Source: Octopus sinensis (lineage: Eukaryota). From it: a DNA stretch of 57,509 nt. The notes beneath the pieces are model-generated. The model did not search any database and was not told the DNA's origin. It was given only the letters and a program-made list of their open reading frames with translations. A program made the position numbers and the translations under genes. Position 1 is the first letter of the stretch; every line of letters starts with the position of its first letter. Of this stretch, positions 23,712 through 38,381 are shown piece after piece. Location: the NCBI RefSeq assembly GCF_006345805.1, contig NW_021833072.1, forward strand, positions 1 to 57,509, written 5' to 3'.

Positions 23712-23823
23712 CTAATGTGACTCATAAAGTGTTCATGTACTGACGGCATTCTATTATCTCCCTTAGATCGTTAAACAATCACACGCATTATCTCCCTTGC
23801 ACTTACGACTCTTTTAACATTAA

Positions 23824-24324
23824 CTAACAGTATCGCCCGGCGTTGCTCGGGTTTGTAAGGGAATTTTAGAGAGTTACTTCCCTTATAGATGCCAATTCGG
23901 GCTTTCTTAGCCATTTCTGTTTTGGTGTCTTCAAGCCATGAAGTCGTTGTTCTAAAAGAACGCTGGTCTCCTTGACAACGCTTTACGACGTTGATTTCCT
24001 TACACTCCCTTCCCCACAGCTTCACGAGGGAGGGAAGAAGGGGGAGAAGCAAACACAGGTGCAGGTGTTTGAGTGTGGACGCCAACTCCGCCACCATCGA
24101 CACACGAAAAATTATGCATTAAAATGGAATAAAAAATGATGTTAAATTATTTTTAAAATCGTAGACTCATCGTAGACGCGCGCTAATAGCCAGACGGGCT
24201 CGATATGAATCACGACTATAAGATACCCGAATTTGGTTAAACTGCACCGCAAAATGTGGGAGGAGTTAGGAATCTAAATCGAAGGGGACAGACACTCACA
24301 CAACTACAGTTTTATATATATAGA
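23824..24324 (-). mobile_element. Non-autonomous Helitron-like element
   Basis: Terminal actaacagtatcgcccggcgttgctcggg hairpin end and atctatatatataaaactgtag start; shares internal segments with 54627-55003. Confidence 0.65.
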
Positions 24325-24490
24325 TATTCATTCGCATTTATCTGTCATCACAACAAACTGTTTAAAACAGTTATAAAACGATTTATTATGTATGTTTAAA
24401 ACATACAAACAAAATCCACAACTCACGCACGTTGGTGTCTCCCTATATACATACATGTGTGTGCGTGTGTGTATACATACAAGAATCAAC

Positions 24491-24870
24491 GGAGGCGCAA
24501 TGGCCCAGTGGTTAGGGCAGCGGACTCGCGGTCGGAGGATCGCGGTTTCGATTCCCAGACCGGGCATTGTGAGTGTTTATTGAGCGAAAACACCTAAAGC
24601 TCCACGAGGCTCCGGCAGAAGATGGTGGTGAACCCTGCTGTACTCTTTCATCACAACTTTCTCTCGCTCTTTCTTCCTGTTTCTCTTGTACCTGTATTTC
24701 AAAGGGCCGGCCTTGTCACAATCTGTGTCACGCTGAATCTCCTGGAGAACTACGTTAAGGGTACACGTGTCTGTGGAGTGCTCAGCCACTTGCACGTTAA
24801 TATCACGAGCAACCTGTTCCGTTGATCGTATCAGCTGGGACCCTCATCGTCGCAACCGACGGAGTGCTCC
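24491..24870 (+). mobile_element. SINE family A
   Basis: Full copy with A and B boxes. Confidence 0.85.
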
Positions 24871-24872
24871 TA

Positions 24873-25284
24873 TATACAAGAGTCAAAGAATAGAGTAGAT
24901 AAGATCCGGGCCACATATACTTTCACAGCTAACGGAACCTAGGGAGTGGTAAATATCCAAGTGAGAGGTATATCTCAGGCTGGTCATCAGGCCGAGGGAA
25001 TTTTGATCACATGAAAGTTTACACTGTCGCAAGGAGACACATGTTAACACATGGGAGATTCACAAGGAGGTACATGAAAACACACGGAAGGTTCGATCGA
25101 ATCTGCCGTGTGTTGTCATGTACCTCCTTCCGATAATGTAAACTTTCATTTAATCAAGATACCCTTTGACTGACGAGCAGCCTGCGCTATACCCCTCGCT
25201 TCGATATTTACCACTTCCCGGGTTTCGTTCGTTATGAAACATGTTACCCGGATCTGATCTCTTCCATTCCTTAACTCTTGTATT
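24873..25284. repeat. ~410-bp imperfect fold-back palindrome (MITE-like)
   Basis: Arms match throughout, e.g. aaggaggtacatgaaaacacacgg with ccgtgtgttgtcatgtacctcctt and ggagtggtaaatatc with gatatttaccacttcc; centre ttcgatcgaa at 25092-25101. Confidence 0.85.
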
Positions 25285-25483
25285 CTTATTCGCATACCCG
25301 TCCACCCTGGTTGCCTACCGTGAAATATAAAAAGATTTTTTTTTTCAGGTTATCGTATTTTGATACCAAGAAATCCACAGCCTTCTGTCCCAACCACTAT
25401 TGTCCCTGAAAGTTGTTTTTTTATATTTTCTACGGATTGCTTGAAACTAACTTTCTTCCTACACCTCGATCCTTGGATCTTAC

Positions 25484-25725
<242 letters not shown>

Positions 25726-26188
25726 ATTTAAATAATGAGGGAGATAAATTAATATTAATTTTAATATCAATTTGAAACCAGTAGTCTAGCATACAAAAAA
25801 TCTGAAAAATCAGAGAAAATTCTAATACATGTGTATATTGACAGGGCAAGAGTGCTAGGTAGTGTGCCGTATGCTAGAAATAGATCATCAACGATCAAAC
25901 TACAAAGAAAGTTCTCTAGAGGAAAAATTCAGCGAACACCAGAACCAAATTTGGCGGGCAGGACAGATGAAAATTTATATAAAAAACAGAATTAATTGCA
26001 TACCTCGGTTTCGGCCTTTAACAAAAGAATTACTTACATAATTCAAATGTCCGTGGCCTCATCAGTACAATCGTTCAATGTAAATGCAATCCGAAAACTA
26101 ACCCCAGCTTTCTGTGCCAAAACAGACACGTGTTTAGTTTTACCGATTACATTAGGGATAAAATTTCAAATGTCTTAGTTCCGGCGCT

Positions 26189-26258
<70 letters not shown>

Positions 26259-26264
26259 TATATA

Positions 26265-26296
<32 letters not shown>

Positions 26297-26329
26297 TATG
26301 CATAGATACATATATATATTTGTTTTGCA

Positions 26330-26623
26330 AAATTTTTGATGTGAAGTCGTGTGTTGAAACAGATATTGTTGTATTTAGGAATGCTCATTTTTGCCAGTTT
26401 AGCCAATTTGGCTGACAGTTAGTAAGGAGAGACACAGAAATGAGAAAGAAGAAAGCAAAGGACTACTGATGAGGTCATAGGAGTGTGACGAAAGAACTCT
26501 GGCCGAAATAAGATTAAGATTAATATAAAAAATGAATAATGCTGAAGCAAAGTAACACCAAATATACAGTGTGTGTGTTTTTATTAGCTAAACTGGCAAA
26601 ATGACCATTCCTAAATACAACAC

Positions 26624-26655
<32 letters not shown>

Positions 26656-26870
26656 TATATATATATGACCGCGTGTGTATCGTTGGCGATTTTTTTTCCC
26701 TCTGTCTTCTCTTCTCTGGATCTTCCTTCTCCTATGTTTCCGATGAAGAGCTCCGCTCGAAACGTTAAACCCTCCTTCCCTTCTTTCCTGAGCGTCCAAT
26801 AATACTATATTTGTTCCACGTCCTCGCGTTGTTGTGTTTTTTTGTGCTTTTTGTTTGGATTAACTTTATA
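26330..26870 (+). mobile_element. Two Penelope-like terminal remnants embedded in (AT)n, with hammerhead-like motifs
   Basis: ctgatgaggtca...tgacgaaa at 26466-26493 and ccgatgaagagctccgctcgaaacgtt at 26740-26766; 36-bp inverted repeat 26367-26403 / 26587-26622. Confidence 0.55.
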
Positions 26871-26994
26871 TATATATATATACATATATATGGTGCTCCA
26901 TCATGGCCGCACTCAAAAAATGTAAAAGTACAAGAATTAAAGAATATACATATGTAGGTCTTACAAGAGGGTTAATGTGCCTTCAGGATCAACG

Positions 26995-28147
26995 TCGGAC
27001 ATAATCTTTACACTGCAACAGTAACAAGAAAACAGCAACCTCTCTTTTTAATATTTGGACTCTTCTATCAGCTGTTCCCCATCTGATATGCAACATGGAG
27101 CCTAGATGATGAATTTGGACCCGCGTAAGGGCCTTGATGCGCCTGCGGTAGAGGGCCATGCATTCCGTGGCATATAGGAGTTAATATAGCACTGCGGGCG
27201 AGCTGGCAGAAGCGTTAGCACGCCGAGCGAAATGTGTAGCCGTATTTCGTCTGCCGTTATGTTCTGAGTTCAAATTTCGCCGAGGTCGGCTTTGCCTTTC
27301 ATCCTTTCGGGATCGATAAATTAAGTACCAGTTACGCACTGGGGTCGATGTAATTGACTTAATCCGTTTGTCTGTCCTTGTTTGTCCCCTATGTGTTTAG
27401 CCCCTTGTGGGTAGTAAAGAAATAGATAATGTACACCTGTATCAAGGCGGCGAGCTGGCAGAAACGTTAGCACGTCGGGCGAAATGCTTAGCGGTATTTC
27501 GTCTGCCGCTACGTTCAGAGTTCAAATTCCGCCGAGGTCGACTTTGCCTTTCATCCTTTCTGGGTCGATTAAATAAGTACCAGTTACGCACTGGGGTCGA
27601 TATAATTGATTTAATCCATTTGTCTGTCTTTGTTTGTCCCCTCTGTGTGTAGCCCCTCGTGGGCAGTAAAGAAATAAGAAACGTTAGCACGCCGGGCGAA
27701 ATGCTTATCAGTATTTCGTTCGTCTTTACGTTCTGAGTTCAAATTCCGCCGAGGTCGACTTTGCCTTTTATCTTTTTGGGGTCGATAAATTAAGTACCAG
27801 TTGCGTACTGGGGTCGATCTAATTGACTGGACTCTTCCTCCAAAATTTCGGGCCTTGTGCCTAGAGCAGAAAAGAATGTATACCTTTATCTTCATGGTGC
27901 GGGCAATGTCATGGCAGCTCCAAAGACGCTTCTCAACTCGGAGATCAAAAGTCAATGCGGCGCCGAGGTAAGTAAAGGCCTCGATATACATTAGTGTCTC
28001 TGTGTGTACTGTCGCTGGCTCCTCGGAGTCTCTCGATCCATGGGAAGATCTTGGTGGGGGTTCGTAGAGTCACTCAATTTTCAGTCTTGACCTTGAGACG
28101 AAACATGTCTCCTGCGCAAGAAAACCGGTCCACAATGAGTCGTATGT
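26995..28147 (-). mobile_element. Decayed RTE-clade LINE fragment interrupted by three family C SINEs (27196-27878)
   Basis: Minus-strand EDIRLIVDRFS...YIEAFTYLGA...WSCHDI..TMKIKVY resumes after the SINEs as AVL..LLYATECMALYRRRIK..LHIRW. Confidence 0.65.
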
Positions 28148-28152
28148 CCTCA

Positions 28153-28161
28153 ATACACACA

Positions 28162-28211
<50 letters not shown>

Positions 28212-28812
28212 ACACACACACACTCACACATACACACACACATACACATACACTCACTCACCCACACTCACTCACACACACACACACTCACACACACACA
28301 CACACACATACACACACACTCACACATACACACACACTCACACATACACACACACATACACATAAACTCACTCACACACACTCACTCACACACACACACA
28401 CACTCACACACTCACATACACACTCACACACACACACACACTCACACACTCACACACACACTCACACACTCACACACACAACACACACTCACACACACAA
28501 CACACACACACACACAACACACACACACACACACATACACTCACACACCACACACTCACACATACACACACACATACACATACACTCACTCACCCACACT
28601 CACTCACACCACACACACTCACACACACACACACACATACACACACACTCACACATACACACACTCACACATACACACACACATACACATAAACTCACTC
28701 ACACACACACTCACACACACACACACACTCACACACTCACATACACACTCACACACACACACACACTCACACACTCACACACACACTCACACACTCACAC
28801 ACACACTCACAC

Positions 28813-28846
<34 letters not shown>

Positions 28847-28857
28847 ACACACACACA
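28153..28857. repeat. Complex (CA)n/(CACT) microsatellite
   Basis: Direct reading. Confidence 0.95.
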
Positions 28858-29065
28858 ATATATATATTCTCCTGCTGTCCGTCGTTGGTCCAGGTTGCGT
28901 GTGTATATGTCGTGTGAATCGTGTGTGTGTGTGTGTGTGTGTACGCACACACACACACATGAATGTATGCATGAGAACGAAACACCACTTTATACATAGA
29001 CTGAAGCAAAATACATCTATGTACTAATCTATGAATATACACATAAAATATACGGCCTTAATAGG

Positions 29066-29084
<19 letters not shown>

Positions 29085-29096
<12 letters not shown>

Positions 29097-29114
29097 GTAT
29101 CATCTATCTATCTA

Positions 29115-29169
<55 letters not shown>

Positions 29170-29272
29170 TTATCTATCTATCTATCAATCTATCTATCTA
29201 TCTATCTATCTTTCTATCTATCTACCTCTCTATCTATCTATCTATCTATCTACCTATCTATCTAACTATCTT

Positions 29273-29319
<47 letters not shown>

Positions 29320-29390
29320 CTCTGTCTATCTATCTATCTATCAATCAATCAATCTATCTATCTATCTATCTATATCTATCTGTCTATCCA
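29085..29390. repeat. (CTAT)n microsatellite
   Basis: Direct reading. Confidence 0.95.
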
Positions 29391-29924
29391 TCTCATTCTC
29401 ACACCCTTAAACCAAACCACTAAATTCCTCTTTTCGGTCCCTCAGTCCCCTCCTCTCTCACTAGTTCTTAGTCTTTCTCCACGTATTATCTTTTCTCACG
29501 AAACACTTGACCCTTCTATTTATTTGTCAGTTCAACCAAACCAGGACAGTCAAATGATTGTACGAACAAAAAAACCTGTTTTCTTCATATTCTTATTCCT
29601 TTCTCTTTTGTTCCCATCACACCCATCTATAAATATGTACTTAATTATATACTTTTCCTCACCTGGAATAGTTGGGAACAAAGAGTTCAGTTTCAGATGA
29701 AATCATTCGAAATAAATAAAACCAAATCTCACGTATTTATTGCATTTTATTTACGAGTTGTTTGTGTTAGTTGTTACGTATTGAGCCACTCCACTTATGA
29801 CATTCACTCCTATACTCCTGTCGGTAACGGTTGTGTACATATCCGTTAATTAACTTCGTTAACGAATAATATAATTAGTCACGAAGAACCATCGCCAAGC
29901 ATTTATATTTTATTCGGATCAAGC

Positions 29925-30045
29925 ATGATGTTTCGTGGTTATACTAATGTTGGTGAAGGGTCTTGGAGATCTTCAGGTTTGCCTGCCAAACTGTTGATGC
30001 CGATGATGATGATGATACTGATGTTGTCTCCTTACACTTCAGCCA
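29925..30045 (+). CDS. Gene B exon 1: signal peptide MMFRGYTNVGEGSWRSSGLPAKLLMPMMMMILMLSPYTSA
   Basis: 121 nt, donor a|gtaagt at 30046, phase 1; ~74% nucleotide identity to gene A exon 1 by hand count. Confidence 0.8.
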
Positions 30046-30424
30046 GTAAGTAAAATACAGTGAATTTATTTTCTCACCTCTTAGCTTCTTTCTCTCTTCA
30101 CCCCTCACGATGTAAGCTGTGTCTTGGGGTCCTTAATGTTAGTGGAGCCGATCCCTCTTCAGAAAAGACTAATCGATCCACTACGGGACTAGTATATTAT
30201 TTATCTACCGCTCAAGATAAATCTGAACTCAAAAGGACCTAAATTTAAAGGGCAGAACCCTATCTCCCCTATTCCCAGAACAAATACCTCTAAAGACCCC
30301 ACCAATTCGTCATTCCCATCTCGGATTAATACATTGTTATATTGTCACCCAGGAAGTGAGAGATGCGGGGTTCAATTTCCATCCCTTAACCTGTTCCCCT
30401 TGTTGTCCTTTTGCTTTATTCTTT

Positions 30425-30917
<493 letters not shown>

Positions 30918-31229
30918 ATATATATTTCCGTTTTCATTATTTTACTACGTTTTTTTTTTACTTTGAACTCACCGACGCTTTCACTTTGTATATATTGAAG
31001 TGAAGATAAGCGTCTATAGCATGATTTAGATATTATTTCAACATCTACAACAATAATATTTGATTTATTTTAGCTGTTTCAATTTCAAGTCATCCTGATC
31101 TTTCTATAGATTGGTCATTCTTACCTTACGGTTTGTACAACATGATGGACTAAAATGTGAAAGATTTGATAATCAATGAGAGCCAGAAATATTTCTGTAA
31201 TAACATAAAACTGAATTAAAAGATAAATT

Positions 31230-31661
31230 GGATCTTTTCGGTTTGAACGGCAGTTTTTTAAGATAATTTCTAGGTAACTAAACACTTTTAAACTTCGTAT
31301 ATTGGTAGAATGTGTTTATAAAACATCTTTTTCTCTTGGCTTAATTGAGAAAATTCTATAGTTTGTAAGATATCTGTTGTTGTTTATTTCATCAATTTCT
31401 ACAATTTCAACCAATCACTGACGTCTATTGAGGTAAAAAAAAAAACATTCTGTGCCGTATGAATATGTCCCTCGTTTAAGAAACAGATTGGGTTTATTTA
31501 CATTTGTGAAGAAAAAAAGATACCCTTCCCCCCACCCCTAACCCTAACCCTAACCCTAAAACAGATTGAAATGCAATAGATCGATACTAGGGTCATAATT
31601 ATGGGTGACAATTTCATATGACACCGCTAGAAAAAAACTGCCGGTCAAACCGAAAAGATCC
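31230..31661. mobile_element. 432-bp MITE with ~30-bp TIRs, exact 8-bp TSD and internal (CCCTAA)n
   Basis: TIRs ggatcttttcggtttgaacggcagtttttt and aaaaaaactgccggtcaaaccgaaaagatcc; gataaatt at 31222-31229 and 31662-31669. Confidence 0.85.
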
Positions 31662-31738
31662 GATAAATTTTCTTTTCTATGATAATCTGTAACAAAATAA
31701 GAGGAGAGGTCATTTCTGGATTGTTTATGTATTGAAGG

Positions 31739-32115
31739 TGGTGGCGCAATAGCCCAGTGGTTAGGGCAGCGGAATCGCGGTCATAGGATCGCGGTTTCGA
31801 TTCCCAGACCGGGCATTGTGAGTGTTTATTGAGCGAAAACACCTAAAAGCTCCACGAGGCTCCGGCAGGGGGTGGTGGCGATCCCTGCTGTACTCTTTCA
31901 CCACAACTTCCTCTCACTCTTACTTCCTGTTTCTGTTGTACCTGTATTTCAAAGGGCCGGCCTTGTCACTCTCTGTGTCACGCTGAATATCCCCGAGAAC
32001 TACGTTAAGGGTACACGTGTCTGTGGAGTGCTCAGCCACTTACACGTTAATTTCACGAGCAGGCTGTTCCGTTGATTCGGATCAACCGGAACCCTCATCG
32101 TCGTAACCGACGGAG
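31739..32115 (+). mobile_element. SINE family A
   Basis: Full copy. Confidence 0.85.
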
Positions 32116-32227
32116 AAAAGAAAAAAAGGAGGTTGTATTGAAGACTCGGTGTCGTAGTTTCAAACTGTAAATGCCTCTCACTTATTCCTTCGTTTTTTTC
32201 TTGAGATTCTTATACTCTCTTTACTCT

Positions 32228-33065
32228 TACTCTTTTACTTGTTTCAGTCATTTGACTGCGGCCATGCTGGAGCACCGCCTTTAGTCGAGCAACTCGACCC
32301 CGGGACTTATTCTTTAAGCCCAGTACTTATTCTATCAGTCTCATTAGCCGATCCGCTAAGTGACGGGGACGTAAACACACCAGTATAGGGGGACAAGCAC
32401 AAACACAAACACACATATATATATTTATACATATATACAACGGGCTTCTTTCAGTTTCCGTTTACCAAATCCACTCACAAGGCATTGGTCGGCCCGGGGC
32501 TATAGCAGAAGACACTTGCCCAAGATGCCACGCAGTGGGACTGAACCCGGAACCATGTGGTTGGTTAGCAAGCTACTTACCACACAGCCATTCCTGCGCC
32601 TATATTTCAGACATCGTAAATTATGATTATTATAAAAATATTTTAATACTAGCAAGTATCGCCCGGCGTTGCTCGGGTTTGTTTCGACCCTTTAGAATTG
32701 GAATTTTCGAAAAGTAAAAATTTTGCATTATGTAGTTTTTTTGTATTTTTTTTTGTACTTGTTTCAGTCATTTGACTGCGGCCATGCTGGAGCACCGCCT
32801 TTAGAGTGGTGAAAGAGTACAGCAGGGATCACCACCTCCTGCCGGAGCCTCGTGGAGCTTTTAGGTGTTTTCGCTCAATAAACACACACAACGCCCGGTC
32901 TGGGAATCGAAACCGCGATCCTCCGACCGCAAGTCCGCTGCCCTAACCACTAGGCCATTGTTATTCTCTTTAAGTGAACATTTTTATGGTTGAAATACAC
33001 CGAAATATGGCGACACAGCAGTCAAAAAATCGTAAATAAATAGGGATTTTCATAGCAAAAAAGCA
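32228..33065 (-). mobile_element. Nested cluster: SINE B (32228-32600), then a Helitron-like 3' part (32648-33065) interrupted by SINE B tail and SINE A head fragments
   Basis: Helitron hairpin end at 32648; its sequence resumes at ~32958 after the SINE fragments. Confidence 0.7.
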
Positions 33066-33349
33066 CCTTTACACATTCTCCCGCACACACACCCACATAA
33101 ATACACACACAAACACACACGCACACTTACACACACACACTCATACATATTCTCACGCACACGCACACACACATACATACATTCTCACAACACACACACA
33201 CACACACACTCATACACACGCACACTTACACACACACGCACATACACACGTGCACACACGCACACACTCATACACATTCTCCCGCACACACACACTCACG
33301 TAAATACACACACAAACACACACTCACACACATACACACATACACACAC

Positions 33350-35690
33350 TCACCCATAGACCACATACACAACACATACCACATACGTCACACACCATAG
33401 ACACCATACCTACACAAACACACATACGCACACCCCATAGACACACATACACATACACATACACACATACGCACACACCCATAGACACACATACACATAC
33501 ACATACCACATACGCAACACCCATAGACACACATACACATACACATACACACATACGCACACACCCATAGAACCACATACACATACACATACACACGCAC
33601 GCACACACCCATAGACACATAACACATACACATACATCACACCCATACACACATACACATACACAGCCGCACACCCACAGCACACATAACACATACACAC
33701 ACACACGCACACACCCATAGACACACATACACATACACATACACCCGCACGCACACACCCATAGACCACACATACACTATAACGCCCCCACATAACACAC
33801 ACCCCATAGACCACACATACACAGACACACACATCAACAAACAGCCCACCCATAGACACACATACACATACACATCACACGCAACGCGCACACACCCATA
33901 GACACACATACACATACACATAACACACATCAGGCACACACCCATAGACACACATACACATACACATACATACCAAACACAAACAAGCACACACATACAC
34001 AGACGCATACACATAGGCACATACACACATACATACACATACACAAACAGATGCACACCCCATAGACACACCCAGACACATACTACACAATACGAAATAC
34101 CCATAGACACCCATACACATACACATACACACATACGCACCACCCATAGACACACATACACATACACATACACACTCCGCACACACCCATAGACACACAT
34201 ACACTACACATACACACGCACGCACACACCCATAGACACACATACACATACACATACACACGCACGCACACACCCATAGACACACATACACATACACATA
34301 CACACATACGCACACACCCATAGACACACATACACATACACATACACACGCACGCACACACCCATAGACACACATACACATACACATACACACATACGCA
34401 CACACCCATAGACACACATACACATACACATACACACATACGCACACACCCATAGACACACATACACATACACATACACACATACGCACACACCCATAGA
34501 CACACATACACATACACATACACACCGCACGCACACACCCATAGACACACATACAATACACATACACACAATACGCACACACCCATAGACACATACACAT
34601 ACACAACACACGCCACGCACACACACCCATAGACACACATACACATACACATACACACATACGCACACACCCATAGACACACATACACATACACACGCAC
34701 GCACACACCCATAGACACACTACACATACACATACACACGCACGCACACACCCATAGACACACATACACATACACCATACACACATACGCACACACCCAT
34801 AGACACACATACACATACACATACACACATACCACCACACCCATAGAACACACATACACATACACATCACACATACGCACACACCCATAGACACCATACA
34901 CATACACACATACGCACCACACCCATAGACACACATACACATACACATACCACATACGCACACACCCATAACACACATACACATACACATACACACGCAC
35001 GCACACACCCATAGACACACATACACATACACATACACACATACGCACACCCACCATAGACACACATACACATACACATACACACATACGCACACACCCA
35101 TAGACACACATACACATACCATACACACATACGCACACACCCATAGACACACATACACATACACATACACACGCACGCACACACCCATAGACACACATAC
35201 ACATACACATACACACATACGCACCACACCCATAGACACACATAACATACACATACACACGCACGCACACACCCATAGACACACATACACATACACATAC
35301 ACACATACGCACACACCCATAGACACACATACACATACACACGCACGCACACACCCATAGACACACATACACATACACATACACACGCACGCACACACCC
35401 ATAGACACACATACACATACACATACACACATACGCACAACACCCATAGACACACATACACATACACATACACACATACGCACACACCCATAGACACACA
35501 TACACAACACATACACACATACGCACAACCATAGACACACATACACATACACACATACGCACACACCCATAGACACACATACACATACACATACACACAT
35601 ACGCACACACCCATAGACACACATACACATACACACATACGCACACACCCATAGACACACATACACATACACATACACACGCACTCACAC
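33350..35690. repeat. ~2.3-kb minisatellite, ~34-40-bp unit CCCATAGACACACATACACATACACATACACAC(AT/GC)ACGCACACA
   Basis: cccatagac landmark recurs roughly every 36-40 bp; degenerate units at the left edge, homogeneous units in the centre and right. Confidence 0.9.
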
Positions 35691-35767
35691 ACCCACTCAC
35701 TCTCACACATACACACACATTTATTCAATGCTGGAATGTGAAATATGACCTTCAGGGAGATGCAGGT

Positions 35768-36039
35768 ATACTCTTTTACTCTTTTACTCTTTTACTCTTT
35801 TACTCTTTTACTCTTTTACTCTTTTACTCCTTTACCTGTTTCAGTCATTTGACTGCGGCCATGATGGAGCACCGCCTTTGATCGAGCAACTCGACCCCGG
35901 GACTTATTCTTTTGTAAGACCAGTACTTATTCTATCGTCTCTTTTTGCCGAACCGCTAAGTAACGGAGACATAAACACACACACAGCATCGGTTTTCAAG
36001 CAATGCAGGGGGACAAACACAGACACACAAACACACACA

Positions 36040-36090
<51 letters not shown>

Positions 36091-36345
36091 TATATATAGA
36101 TGGTGGTGTGCCCCAGCATGGCCACAGCTCGTGAGCTGAAACTACATAAAATAAAAAAAATAAAAAAAATATATACATATATACGACGGGCTTCTTTCAG
36201 TTTCCGTCTACCAAATCCACTCACAAGGCATTTGTCGTCCCGAGGCTATAGCAGAAGACACTTGCCCAAGGTGCCACGCAGTGGACTGAACCCGGAACCA
36301 TGTGGTTGGTAAACAAGCTACTTACCACACAGCCACTCCTGCGCC
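35768..36345 (-). mobile_element. SINE family B with (TAAAAGAG)n tail; LINE-like 3' tail inserted at 36100-36165 (+)
   Basis: About 8 tandem actctttt units; internal gtgccccagcatggccacagctcgtgagctgaaacta matches the LINE end at 535-570. Confidence 0.8.
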
Positions 36346-36661
36346 TTACACACACACGCGTGTGTGTGTATGGTGAACCCGGAATAATAAATTTGCAGGT
36401 CTCAACTTTCAGCGATCCTGGCGGGATTTTTTGATTGCCCTTATGATGGCCCAACCTAATATGACGGCAGACTACTTCTTCCAATATAAATATAAGTAAG
36501 TAACTTACAACTTTTAGCAAATCTCGAAAACAAATGACGAGTTTTTTGCAGTCACCGTCCCAGAATTAGTGTAGATTTAATGTTTCTATTTGTAATCTGG
36601 TATTTGTTTCTGTGAATATGAAGGCCATGCTCAGCGCCCTCTTTTTTTTTTTTTTTTTTTT

Positions 36662-38037
36662 TACTCTTTTTACTTGTTTCAGTCATTTGACTGCGGCCAT
36701 GCTGGAGCACCGCCTTTAGTCGAGCAAATCGACCCCGGGACTTATTCTTTTGTAAGCCCAGTACTTATTCTATCGGTTTCTTTTGCCGAACCGCTAGGTG
36801 ACGGAGACGTAAACACACCAGCATCGGTTGTCAAGCAATGCTAGAGGAACAAACACAGACACACAAACACACACACATATACATATATATACATATATAC
36901 GACAGGCTTCTTTCAGTTTCCGTCTACCAAATCCACTCACAAGGCATTGGTCGGCCCGGGGCTATAGGAGAAGACACTTGCCCAAGATGCCACGCAGTGG
37001 GACTGAACCCGGAACCATGTGGTTAGTTAGCAAGCTACTTACCACACAGCCACTCCTGCGACCTGTGAATATACTCTTAGTTTGTTTGACTGAAAGATGA
37101 GGAATGGTTGATCATTTTGTGCAGGAAGACGGAAGACATCACACTCGGAGTGGAACAAAGCAAAGAGAGTGAATAGGGAACAAACTAGAAGATAAGACGA
37201 CAAAAAGAACCGGTATATACTCTGAGTTTACGTAAGCTCTTGAAAGATCCTGTACATACTCAGAGTTTACGTAAGCTCCTGAAAGATCTGGTACATACTC
37301 CTGAGTATGTACAGCTTACTCAGAGTTTACGTAAGCTCCTTGGTAGGCTTAGCAGCATAGCGATGGACACCGTCCGAGAGTCCTTCATTTAAAACAAAGA
37401 TGAAGAAATGAAATACAATAAACGTATGAAATAATGAATAGTGATATAGCTTGTGGGCGTGAGTTCAATTCCTGGGTTAGTCAAGCTTGTATAACGTTTC
37501 TAGTTAAAGCTTTGTGAACAACACCAAAATTAATAAAGAGCCTAATTAATAATGAAAAAATCCCTGACCCACGTGGAGGACAGAACGAGGATGATCTAAC
37601 CCCATAGACTAAATAAAGGCGCAGGAGTGGCTGTGTGGTAAGTAGCTTGTTACCAACCAATGGTTCCGGGTTCAGTCCCACTGCGTGGCACCTTGGGCAA
37701 GTGTCTTCTACTATAGCCTCAGGACGACCAAAGCCTTGTGAGTGGATTTGGTAGACGGAAAATGGAAGAAGCCGTCGTTATATATGTATATGTATATATA
37801 TATATATGTTGTGTGTGTGTTGGTGTCTGTGTTTTGTCCCCCTAGCATTGCTTGACAACCGACGCTGGTGTGTTTATGTCCACGTCACTTAGCGGTTCAG
37901 CAAAAAGAGACCGATAGAATAAGTACTGGGCTTACAAAGAATAAATCCCGGGGTCGAGTTGTTCGATTAAGGGCGGTACTCCAGCATGGCCGCAGTCAAA
38001 TGACTGAAACAAGTAAAAGAGTAAAAGAGTAAAGAGT
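36662..38037. mobile_element. Two SINE family B copies in opposite orientation (36662-37061 minus; 37618-38037 plus)
   Basis: Full head-body-tail structure in each. Confidence 0.85.
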
Positions 38038-38381
38038 ACGTTACCATATTCTGGAAACATTACCTAATTGGTGAGGCACCTGAGGATGACAGGAGAATAC
38101 AACAGCCGAAATATTGTGGTTATAACAAGCAAGATGAGGAGGATGTTAGTTCAAATATGTACAAAACAATGGTAATTCTTGGTCTCAGAAATTCAAACAA
38201 AATTCTTTCTCGTTTGCTATGCTGCAATTAACTTTTCTTTCTTCTTTTCCATCGCCCTCTTTCTTCTCTTCTTTTTTAATCTGTCTTTTCCCCCTTCTTC
38301 TTTCTCTTCTACCATTTCTTTTTCTACATCTATATGTAACTTTTAATAAATTTTCCCTCTTCCATTTTTTTTCCTTTATAG

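Noticed and set aside
31537-31560. Telomere or chromosome-fusion relic
   Set aside because: Only 3-4 units, internal to a TIR element with a TSD
33324-35728. Long ORFs of up to 617 aa rich in V/C/M/Y
   Set aside because: Translations of the stop-free strand of the CA-based minisatellite; open in several frames at once, no splice or composition support
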